Source: a virus
Lineage: Duplodnaviria > Heunggongvirae > Uroviricota > Caudoviricetes
Length of the DNA: 6,465 bases
Virus record (IMG/VR): IMGVR_UViG_2693429557_000012
Direction: 5' to 3' (one strand)
The position numbers and the translations under genes are program-made. Shown piece by piece: positions 1 through 6,465 of this stretch. Below the pieces are notes generated by a model. That model was not told the DNA's origin and did not search any database. It saw only the letters and a program-made list of their open reading frames with translations. The first letter of the stretch is position 1. Every line of letters begins with the position of its first letter.

Positions 1-139
1 GATAACAGGTGTCTGGAAATATAGGGGCAAATCCAGCGTTCATCAGCCCCCGCATTGCCGACAGGATCACAGACGGGGGGCGCAACTGGTTGTCGTTCAA
101 CTGGCCCAGCTACCGTTCTTGTATCAGAGGTGTGGCTGC

Positions 140-1531
140 ATGACAACACCAGTCTGGCGTAATGATGACCTGGAAGGCGCTGTCATTGGCGCATTCTTTC
201 TGCGTGGGGCAGATCATGAAGTGATGGATATTCTGATCACACTACCGGCGGACATTTTTTCTGTACGAGCGTATCGGGATATCTACACAGGCATCTGCAG
301 ACAGGCCCGTGTTTCAGGAGTGATTGACCCCGTGCTGTTGTGTAATGAGATGCCGGAACTTGCCCCGGTGATTACTGATACCGGGCGTAAAACCTGGGTG
401 AAGTCTTCACTGGAGCACTATGTTGCAGCGTTGCGGCGCAATGCCGCACTGCGCGATGCAGAAAAAACACTGAATGAGGCGCTGCAGAAATTACGTGATG
501 CGCATACCTGTGAAGCAGCTGAAGATGCCCTGAAGGATGCGCAGAACATGATGGTCACACTGTCGACAGGAAAGGGCGTCATTCAGCCGGTACATATTGA
601 TGATGTGCTTCCGGAAGTGGTTGAGCGTGTTGAATGCCGGAATCAGGGGCTGGAGAAATCCAGGACGTTGATGACCGGTATTGATGAACTGGACGCAAAA
701 ACAGGCGGTATGGAGCCCGGAGACCTGGTATTCATTGCCGCCCGTCCTTCGATGGGGAAAACCGAACTTGCGCTGGACATCATCGACAAGGTGACTGAGC
801 AGGGGCATGGTGTGCTTCTGTTCACCATGGAGATGGCGAACATCCAGATTGGTGAACGTATGGTGTCTGCGGCTGGAGGGATGCCAGTATCACGCCTGAA
901 ATCTGTGGCTCACTTTGAAGATGAAGACTGGGCGCGTTTCTCACAAGGGGTGGGGCGGATGACCGGGCGCAATATCTGGATGGTGGACCAGGCGAACCTG
1001 ACCATTGATGAGATATGCGCAACAACGAAACACCATCTGATTAAACATCCGGAAACGGCGCTGGTGGTGGTTGATTATCTCGGGCTGATAAAAACCCGAA
1101 CCACGGGGCGTCATGACCTTGCCGTGGGTGAAATCTCAAAGGGGCTTAAAGGCCTGGCAAAATCCGGTGGTTTTCCGTTGATTGCGCTGAGCCAGCTCTC
1201 CCGCGGTGTGGAGTCCAGACCCAATAAACGTCCCATGAACTCAGACCTGAAAAATTCCGGAGAAATAGAGGCGGATGCAGACATCATTCTGATGCTTTAC
1301 AGGGATGAAGTGTACAACCCGGATACACAGGCTACAGGCATAGCAGAAATTAATATCACGAAACAACGTAACGGTTCTCTGGGGACGATTTACCGGCGTT
1401 TTTATAACGGACATTTTCTGCCTGTGGACCAGGAAAGCGCACAGGTTCTTTCCACCCCAATGCGGCAGCCCCAGCCGCGCAGATACAGCAATACACGTAC
1501 CGACAGCAGTAAGATGGAGCGTTTCTTTTGA
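140..1531 (+). CDS. DnaB-family replicative DNA helicase (phage replication module)
   Basis: Walker A motif AARPSMGKTE, a VVVDYLGLI Walker B-like segment, and a C-terminal ALSQLSRGVESRPNKRPMNSDLKNSGEIEADADIILMLYRDEVY block typical of DnaB. The N-terminal region follows the DnaB N-domain pattern. The ORF track starts at TTG 119; I prefer the in-frame ATG at 140, which has GAGG 9 nt upstream. The frame is open back to the window start, so an upstream start cannot be excluded. Confidence 0.85.
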   Translation: MTTPVWRNDDLEGAVIGAFFLRGADHEVMDILITLPADIFSVRAYRDIYTGICRQARVSGVIDPVLLCNEMPELAPVITDTGRKTWVKSSLEHYVAALRRNAALRDAEKTLNEALQKLRDAHTCEAAEDALKDAQNMMVTLSTGKGVIQPVHIDDVLPEVVERVECRNQGLEKSRTLMTGIDELDAKTGGMEPGDLVFIAARPSMGKTELALDIIDKVTEQGHGVLLFTMEMANIQIGERMVSAAGGMPVSRLKSVAHFEDEDWARFSQGVGRMTGRNIWMVDQANLTIDEICATTKHHLIKHPETALVVVDYLGLIKTRTTGRHDLAVGEISKGLKGLAKSGGFPLIALSQLSRGVESRPNKRPMNSDLKNSGEIEADADIILMLYRDEVYNPDTQATGIAEINITKQRNGSLGTIYRRFYNGHFLPVDQESAQVLSTPMRQPQPRRYSNTRTDSSKMERFF

Positions 1532-1542
1532 ACAACCAGACA

Positions 1543-1785
1543 ATGACTTTTACCTCTGAACAATTGCGTAAACACGCGCAGGAAATGTTGCGACAGGCGG
1601 AACAACTGGAAAAAACAGGTGTAACAAAAGATGCCATTCGTCGGGATATGGTGCCAGCGCTCAGGGAACTGATGCAGGCGAAACATCGCGCACAAAAAGC
1701 GGTGGATGAGCTCGTTGATTGTGTGGCAGAGCTGGAAACCAAAGTTGGAAAGTTTGAAAAAATGGTGCAGGAGGTGCTGCGCTGA
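1543..1785 (+). CDS. Small hypothetical phage protein, predicted helical/coiled-coil, function unknown
   Basis: ORF packed between the helicase stop and the rusA-like start (stop overlaps the next ATG as TGATG). Charged, helix-prone sequence with an EQLRKHAQEMLRQAEQLEK motif. Start is uncertain: ATG 1543, or TTG 1528 which has GGAG 8 nt upstream. Confidence 0.45.
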   Translation: MTFTSEQLRKHAQEMLRQAEQLEKTGVTKDAIRRDMVPALRELMQAKHRAQKAVDELVDCVAELETKVGKFEKMVQEVLR

Positions 1786-2156
1786 TGCGCCATGAGTTTA
1801 TTTTACCTTATCCGCCGACGGTGAATACTTACTGGCGACGTCGTGGCAGCACATATTTTGTATCAAAAGTTGGTGAGCGTTATCGCCGTGATGTGACGCT
1901 AATTGTTCGCCAGCAGCGGCTGAAATTAAACCTGTCCGGAAGGCTGGCGATAAAGATTATTGCAGAGCCACCGGATAAGCGCCGTCGTGACCTGGACAAT
2001 ATCCTGAAAGCACCACTGGATGCGCTGACGCATGCCGGACTACTCATAGACGACGAGCAGTTTGATGAAATCAATATTGTGCGCGGTCAGCTCGTTCCTG
2101 GTGGGCGACTGGGCGTGAAGATTTATGAAATCACAGGTGATAACGATGGCGCGTGA
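1785..2156 (+). CDS. rusA: RusA-family Holliday junction resolvase
   Basis: 123 aa with a [10 protein letters not shown] start, an [27 protein letters not shown] block and a [11 protein letters not shown] tail, matching the E. coli RusA pattern (RRRDLDN...DAL...DD.Q...GGRL) as I recall it. Sits in the usual nin-region position upstream of Q. Confidence 0.8.
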   Translation: MRHEFILPYPPTVNTYWRRRGSTYFVSKVGERYRRDVTLIVRQQRLKLNLSGRLAIKIIAEPPDKRRRDLDNILKAPLDALTHAGLLIDDEQFDEINIVRGQLVPGGRLGVKIYEITGDNDGA

Positions 2157-2532
2157 TATTCAGCAGGTTATGGAACGGTGGGGGGCTTGGGCTGCAAACA
2201 CTCATGAAGATGTATCCTGGGCGTCGATCGCTGCTGGTTTTAAAGGGTTAATTCCGTCGAAAGTGAAATCACGCCCTCAGTGTTCTGATGATGATGCAAT
2301 GATAATTTGTGGCTGTATGGCCCGGTTGAACAAGAAAAATCAGGATTTGCACGATTTGCTGGTGGATTATTACGTAGGTGGAATGACTTTTATGAGTCTG
2401 GCACGGAAACATGGGTGTTCGGATACCTGTATTGGCAAGCGCCTGCAGAAAGCGGAAGGGGTTATTGATGGCATGTTGATGATGCTTGATATCCGGCTGG
2501 AGATGGACAGATACGTAGAACGAATTATGTAG
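2146..2532 (+). CDS. Q: Late-gene antitermination protein Q
   Basis: [23 protein letters not shown]...[16 protein letters not shown]...[22 protein letters not shown] closely resembles Q of DLP12/933W-type lambdoid phages as recalled. Start ATG 2146 has AGGTG 7 nt upstream and overlaps the rusA 3' end; the ORF track's 2125 is an alternative. A PR'-like promoter follows immediately. Confidence 0.8.
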   Translation: MARDIQQVMERWGAWAANTHEDVSWASIAAGFKGLIPSKVKSRPQCSDDDAMIICGCMARLNKKNQDLHDLLVDYYVGGMTFMSLARKHGCSDTCIGKRLQKAEGVIDGMLMMLDIRLEMDRYVERIM

Positions 2533-2536
2533 GTGC

Positions 2537-2566
2537 TTGACCAGACACATTGTCCGGGGCTATATT
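2537..2566 (+). promoter_or_regulatory. Candidate PR' late promoter / Q-utilisation region (TTGACC, 18 bp spacer, TATATT)
   Basis: -35 TTGACC at 2537-2542 and -10 TATATT at 2561-2566, starting 5 bp after the Q stop, which is the canonical PR' position in lambdoid phages. The predicted short transcript contains a CGCCAG/CTGGCG hairpin (2574-2591). Confidence 0.45.
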
Positions 2567-2627
2567 CCTCACGCGCCAGCAAAATCTGGCGTCGGGATTG
2601 GAACCCCGGATAGAGACCGCGACAGAC

Positions 2628-2649
2628 ACACGCCGCGAGCGTGTTTTTT
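2628..2649 (+). terminator. Candidate tR'-like intrinsic terminator
   Basis: 6 bp stem ACACGC/GCGTGT with loop CGCGA, followed by six T residues. It lies about 75 nt downstream of the predicted PR' start, giving a short 6S-like RNA. Confidence 0.5.
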
Positions 2650-2777
2650 ATTGTCGTATGCACGCGCACATCTGAATTATGGTGGGGCGCATGGGGGAGC
2701 TGAAAAGCTCGCCGGTCGGTTTCCCGGTAGTTCCAACCCTGTGCGTCTCACCACCCGATGATTGGAACCTGACGGTG

Positions 2778-2806
2778 TTGACAGTTTCAGGTTTGCAGTT
2801 TACATT
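2778..2806 (+). promoter_or_regulatory. Candidate sigma70 promoter upstream of the ORF6N-like gene
   Basis: Perfect -35 TTGACA (2778-2783), 17 bp spacer, -10 TACATT (2801-2806). The ~200 nt leader contains a weak terminator-like hairpin, CCACA/TGTGG plus seven T residues, at 2842-2869. Confidence 0.3.
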
Positions 2807-3012
2807 TCCCCGCGGTGCTCAAAACACCTCGAAAGCGGTATCCACACCCGATAGCCATGTGGTTTTTTTGTGTCCAGAATTCTTGGTTTATGACCGGGTG
2901 TGCGGCTAATACAATACCAGCAATGGAAATACGCCCGCCGACTTTCGACGGTTTTGAGCGCCCGGTCACCCTCTCAAAAGGGGTAAATCAAAATATTCGA
3001 AAGGACATGTCT

Positions 3013-3576
3013 ATGAATCGCACGTCTATTGAAAAACTCCCGTCACTTACGCATAACCATCTTCCTGTCATGACAACAGAGCTGCTGGCTGATTTGTACG
3101 GAACAGAGCGCCAGCGTTTGACAAACAATTTCAATCGAAACAAAGAACGGTTTATAGAAGGTAAACATTTTTTCCTGATAGAAGGTGATGCGTTACGAGA
3201 GTTGAAGAACGAAAACTCTTTAAGAGTTTCTGTGAAAATTGCCCGTAACGTTCGCTCCCTCATCCTCTGGACAGAACGTGGCGCAGCCCGTCACGCCAAA
3301 ATGCTCGAAACCGATCAGGCGTGGGAAGTGTTCGAAAAACTGGAAGACTGTTATTTCAACCAGAAACAGCCACCAGCGGCACAAAACACATCTATCGAAA
3401 ATGATGGATGCGCATTACTGAGCCACTTCGATAAACACGGTCAGGTTGAGTTCACGGAAAAGGTACCCGCCGATGCGATGGTATGTACTCTGGAACGGTT
3501 TAAATTTTATCTGGAGCAACACGGGTGGATCGTTGCCCGTAAAGAGCAACTGGTGGAGCGGTTGATGCGGTTTTAA
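3013..3576 (+). CDS. ORF6N-like (KilA-N-related) phage protein, often annotated as antirepressor/regulatory protein
   Basis: LPVMTTELLADLYGTERQRLTNNFNRNKERFIEGKHFFLIEGDALRELK...LWTERGAARHAKMLETDQAWEVFEKL matches the ORF6N domain pattern as recalled. Start ATG 3013 has AAGGA 7 nt upstream. The ORF-track extension back to 2815 has no support and would overlap the promoter and leader hairpin. Confidence 0.65.
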   Translation: MNRTSIEKLPSLTHNHLPVMTTELLADLYGTERQRLTNNFNRNKERFIEGKHFFLIEGDALRELKNENSLRVSVKIARNVRSLILWTERGAARHAKMLETDQAWEVFEKLEDCYFNQKQPPAAQNTSIENDGCALLSHFDKHGQVEFTEKVPADAMVCTLERFKFYLEQHGWIVARKEQLVERLMRF

Positions 3577-3651
3577 AAATTTTTTCCGAAAACTTTACGA
3601 TCGTAAAAAGTTGAATATCCTGTTAAGAGTGGTTACTACGCCACACAGCTT

Positions 3652-3678
3652 AAACCCGCCGATGAGCGGGTTTTTTTA
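3652..3678 (+). terminator. Intrinsic terminator downstream of the ORF6N-like gene
   Basis: AAACCCGC/GCGGGTTT stem with 6 nt loop, followed by a run of seven T residues. Confidence 0.65.
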
Positions 3679-3726
3679 TACCTGAAAAACGGCACAGGAC
3701 GTTAAACGTGCTGGTGGTCAGATGAG

Positions 3727-3755
3727 TTTGCAGATGTGATGACATATGGTTATTA
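3727..3755 (+). promoter_or_regulatory. Candidate promoter for the tRNA array
   Basis: TTTGCA (3727-3732), 17 bp spacer, TTATTA (3750-3755), placing the start about 3 nt before tRNA-Ile. Confidence 0.3.
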
Positions 3756-3765
3756 TTCTGCCTCC

Positions 3766-3842
3766 GGCCCTTTAGCTCAGTTGGTCAGAGCGAGCGACTC
3801 ATAATCGCCAGGTCGCTGGTTCAAGTCCAGCAAGGGCCACCA
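3766..3842 (+). tRNA. ileZ: tRNA-Ile (anticodon CAU, ileX/ileZ-like, reads AUA)
   Basis: Hand-folded cloverleaf: acceptor GGCCCTT/AAGGGCC, anticodon loop CTCATAA, T arm GCTGG-TTCAAGT-CCAGC, encoded CCA. Near-identical to E. coli ileX as recalled. C4-G69 and C5-G68 fit Ile2 rather than Met identity. Confidence 0.85.
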
Positions 3843-3843
3843 A

Positions 3844-3920
3844 CCACCACTAGCTCATCCGGATAGAGCATCAACCTTCTAAGTTGACGGTGCGAGGTTC
3901 GAGTCCTCGGTGGTGGGCCA
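3844..3920 (+). tRNA. argN: tRNA-Arg (anticodon UCU, reads AGA)
   Basis: Cloverleaf with anticodon loop CTTCTAA, T arm CGAGG-TTCGAGT-CCTCG, acceptor CCACCAC/GTGGTGG with an unusual C1:G72 pair, encoded CCA. Begins 1 nt after the previous tRNA. Confidence 0.8.
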
Positions 3921-3922
3921 GC

Positions 3923-3998
<76 letters not shown>

Positions 3999-4001
3999 TA
4001 T

Positions 4002-4076
<75 letters not shown>

Positions 4077-4256
4077 GTCAGAGTCTTTCAGTCTGCGATG
4101 ATGGGAAATCCCGGAGTGACTGAAAGACGTTTAAGTTATGAATGATCGCCTTTTTTTGCAAAATTGCTGTGCAGAAATACTAACCTTCGGGCGTGCGATC
4201 ATTCATAAGCACTCTGCTTTTATTCCGATTAACTGTGGGTGGTTTGTTGGATAGAG

Positions 4257-4817
4257 TGTGAGGTGTACTGGCAATAGCGGACACTACCATTTGTTCTTTT
4301 TTTAAGCAGCCATCTGATGATATTTTTCCCTGAAGGCTGCCGGGGAGATATTCCCCAGACGAGAGTGACGACGCTGACGATTGTAGAAAATCTCAATGTA
4401 TTCCCGTATTACTGAGATGGCTTCATCCCGGTTATTAAAACGATAGTGGCTCAGGCTCTCATTTTTCAGCGTTCCCCAGAAGCTTTCCATCGGAGCGTTG
4501 TCGTAACAGTTACCTTTACGCGACATTGATGTTTTCAGACCAGACTGCTCCTGTATGACCCGGTAATCGTATGCGCAGTACTGTGAACCTCGATCAGAGT
4601 GGTGGATTAGCCCGGCAGGTGGGCGCTGGCTCCTGAGCGCCATAAACAGGGCTTTACCTGTCAGCTCTTTTGTCATGCGCTCTCCCATGGCGTAGCCGAC
4701 AATTTCGCACGTATAAACATCTTTGATGCCAGCGAGGTACAACCATCCCTCCTGTGTGGCAACATACGTCAGGTCCGCCACCCAGACCTGATTTGGTGCT
4801 GTAGGAGCGAACGTCAT
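4257..4817 (-). mobile_element. 5'-truncated IS3-family insertion sequence (3' ~560 bp only: C-terminal OrfB plus terminal inverted repeat)
   Basis: Encodes the DDE integrase core of an IS3-family OrfB (VADLTY, HHSDRGSQY, NAPMESFWGTLK). Beyond the stop at 4302, 4257-4290 (TGTGAGGTGTACTGGCAATAGCGGACAC) resembles IS3-group terminal repeats that begin with TG. OrfA, the OrfB N-terminus and the other end are absent. Confidence 0.75.
4302..4817 (-). pseudogene. IS3-family transposase OrfB, C-terminal catalytic fragment (N-terminally truncated)
   Basis: 171 aa ORF carrying the DDE triad but missing roughly the first 110 residues and the upstream orfA. The apparent ATG at 4815-4817 falls in the junction microhomology and is probably not a genuine start. 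Confidence 0.75.
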
Positions 4818-5224
4818 TTTTCCTGATAGAAGGTGATGCGTTACGAGAGTTGAAGAACGAAAACTCTTTAAGAGTTTCTGTGAAAATTGCCCGTAACGTT
4901 CGCTCCCTCATCCTCTGGACAGAACGTGGCGCAGCCCGTCACGCCAAAATGCTCGAAACCGATCAGGCGTGGGAAGTGTTCGAAAAACTGGAAGACTGTT
5001 ATTTCAACCAGAAACAGCCACCAGCGGCACAAAACACATCTATCGAAAATGATGGATGCGCATTACTGAGCCACTTCGATAAACACGGTCAGGTTGAGTT
5101 CACGGAAAAGGTACCCGCCGATGCGATGGTATGTACTCTGGAACGGTTTAAATTTTATCTGGAGCAACACGGGTGGATCGTTGCCCGTAAAGAGCAACTG
5201 GTGGAGCGGTTGATGCGGTTTTAA
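4817..5224 (+). pseudogene. 5'-truncated second copy of the ORF6N-like gene (C-terminal ~135 codons, no native start or promoter)
   Basis: In-frame identical copy of 3169-3576. The ORF track calls it from a TTG at 4850; its N-terminal ORF6N half is missing. Confidence 0.7.
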
Positions 5225-5299
5225 AAATTTTTTCCGAAAACTTTACGATCGTAAAAAGTTGAATATCCTGTTAAGAGTGGTTACTACGCCACACAGCTT

Positions 5300-5326
5300 A
5301 AACCCGCCGATGAGCGGGTTTTTTTA
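5300..5326 (+). terminator. Intrinsic terminator (repeat copy of 3652-3678)
   Basis: Identical duplicated sequence: AAACCCGC/GCGGGTTT stem plus seven T residues. Confidence 0.6.
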
Positions 5327-5413
5327 TACCTGAAAAACGGCACAGGACGTTAAACGTGCTGGTGGTCAGATGAGTTTGCAGATGTGATGACATATGGTTA
5401 TTATTCTGCCTCC

Positions 5414-5490
5414 GGCCCTTTAGCTCAGTTGGTCAGAGCGAGCGACTCATAATCGCCAGGTCGCTGGTTCAAGTCCAGCAAGGGCCACCA
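5414..5490 (+). tRNA. ileZ: tRNA-Ile (anticodon CAU), second copy
   Basis: Identical to 3766-3842 within the direct repeat. Confidence 0.85.
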
Positions 5491-5491
5491 A

Positions 5492-5568
5492 CCACCACTA
5501 GCTCATCCGGATAGAGCATCAACCTTCTAAGTTGACGGTGCGAGGTTCGAGTCCTCGGTGGTGGGCCA
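5492..5568 (+). tRNA. argN: tRNA-Arg (anticodon UCU), second copy
   Basis: Identical to 3844-3920 within the direct repeat. Confidence 0.8.
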
Positions 5569-5570
5569 GC

Positions 5571-5646
<76 letters not shown>

Positions 5647-5649
5647 TAT

Positions 5650-5724
<75 letters not shown>

Positions 5725-6337
5725 GCGAGATTTGAGACGAAGGTTGTTATTTGCACTGACACAATATTGTGTGGGAATGTCTGACTCCTTACCATCTCCT
5801 GTTCTGTGATGTTGTTTTGTTGCAGTTCCAGTGCTCTTTTTTCAGCACCAGAATGGTGCATTGTCGGTCAGGTTACGTAGTGAACCTCTGGCAGGGGACT
5901 GATAATGCATCATTCTGGTGTTGTAAATATCTCTTCGGACAACTTACAAAATATTCTAAGCAAACCCCGGGAACACACTCTTAACTGCCTTGGCTGGCGG
6001 TTTTTTGTACAGTGCTCGGTATGTGTGAGCTGGAAATCAGATTTTGCATGGACTGGAATCATGCTGTTATTTAGGGGCGAAGAACTGGCTTTTTCTTCCG
6101 CCTTCTCACCAGTAACGATTAGAAAAATAATGAAATGCCCCCCTCCGGGGAGGAGGACCGTAGAAAAAAGGACCCGCCAGCAAAAACATTGGGGATGAAC
6201 AGCTTTCGCTACTCAGATTGCTGGCGGGTAAAGTTCCTCATGAATTAAGAATGCTACGCGATCTTTTTTAATGGAAATGAAAATTATTGTCAATTAGTCG
6301 TGCGTGTTTTTTCATACAATATTGGTAAAGGTGATTC

Positions 6338-6373
6338 AGGCCATCAGAGTTTTGCTGATGGCCTTTTTTCTTT
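6338..6373 (+). terminator. Strong intrinsic terminator immediately upstream of the holin gene
   Basis: 10 bp stem AGGCCATCAG/CTGATGGCCT with 7 nt loop AGTTTTG, followed by TTTTTTCTTT. Confidence 0.7.
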
Positions 6374-6424
6374 CCGATAGCACAGGTCTGTCGGGGGGCG
6401 GGATATGTATCAGATGGAAAAAAT

Positions 6425-6465
6425 ATCAACAGGCATTGCCTACGGCACCTCCGCCGGCAGTGCCG
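6425..6465 (+). CDS. Holin (lambdoid S / DLP12 EssD-like), N-terminal 13 codons only; continues beyond the window
   Basis: MYQMEKISTGIAYGTSAGSA resembles the N-terminus MYQMEKITTGVSYTTSAVG of EssD-type holins as recalled. It sits where the lysis cassette is expected, after Q, the tRNAs and a terminator. Confidence 0.5.
   Translation, partial: MNRHCLRHLRRQC

Noticed and set aside
1-118. Possible 3' end of an upstream replication-initiation gene (frame 1 stop at 22-24)
   Set aside because: Too little sequence in the window to identify a product. The same region could instead be an N-terminal extension of the helicase, whose frame stays open to the window start.
491-1793. Several minus-strand ORFs of 66-145 aa (491-808, 643-843, 822-1025, 1241-1543, 1356-1793, 1402-1695) inside the helicase gene
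   Set aside because: They lie antisense within a well-supported DnaB-family CDS and have low-complexity, Ser/Cys/Arg-rich products with no ribosome-binding context. Typical shadow ORFs.
2537-2909. Plus-strand ORFs 2537-2761 and 2679-2909 in the region after Q
   Set aside because: They overlap the PR'-like promoter and tR'-like terminator, have no Shine-Dalgarno sequence, and give Gly/Arg/Pro-rich improbable products.
2815-3012. N-terminal extension of the ORF6N-like gene back to 2815, as drawn in the ORF track
   Set aside because: The extension would begin upstream of the terminator-like hairpin, has no ribosome-binding site, and is not part of the ORF6N domain. ATG 3013 with AAGGA upstream is a better start.
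3239-3421. 60 aa alternative-frame ORF inside the ORF6N-like gene, and its duplicate at 4887-5069
   Set aside because: Fully embedded in another reading frame of a supported CDS, with a basic low-complexity product.
3710-3717. Chi octamers GCTGGTGG at 3710-3717, 5358-5365 and 1060-1067
   Set aside because: The octamer is frequent in E. coli-like DNA and one of the three is simply inside the duplication; three copies in 6.5 kb is not clearly enriched.
4654-4911. 85 aa minus-strand ORF spanning the IS/duplication junction, and the near-identical 2988-3263 ORF
   Set aside because: It reads antisense through the ORF6N sequence and across the rearrangement junction into IS DNA, so it is a chimeric artefact of the join.
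5769-5984. 71 aa plus-strand ORF
   Set aside because: No ribosome-binding site, and a Cys/Phe/Trp-rich product not resembling a protein.

Overview
This window reads as the early-to-late junction of a lambdoid prophage of the E. coli/Shigella type, called from sequence alone with no database search. In order on the + strand: a DnaB-family helicase, a small ORF, a RusA-like resolvase, antiterminator Q with a PR'/tR'-like promoter and terminator, an ORF6N-like gene, a four-tRNA array for rare codons (Ile-CAU, Arg-UCU, Thr-UGU, Gly-UCC), and the first codons of an S-like holin at the window edge. The most unusual feature is a perfect ~0.9 kb direct repeat (about 3166-4077 and 4815-5725) that duplicates the 3' part of the ORF6N gene, its terminator and the whole tRNA array. 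The two copies flank 180 bp of unique hairpin-rich DNA and a 5'-truncated IS3-family element. About 610 bp downstream of the second tRNA array (5726-6337) has no convincing gene but is dense in dyad symmetry. I did not find a recognisable defence or toxin system; the candidates worth follow-up are the IS-associated duplication and the two structured non-coding segments at the Q-to-lysis cargo position.
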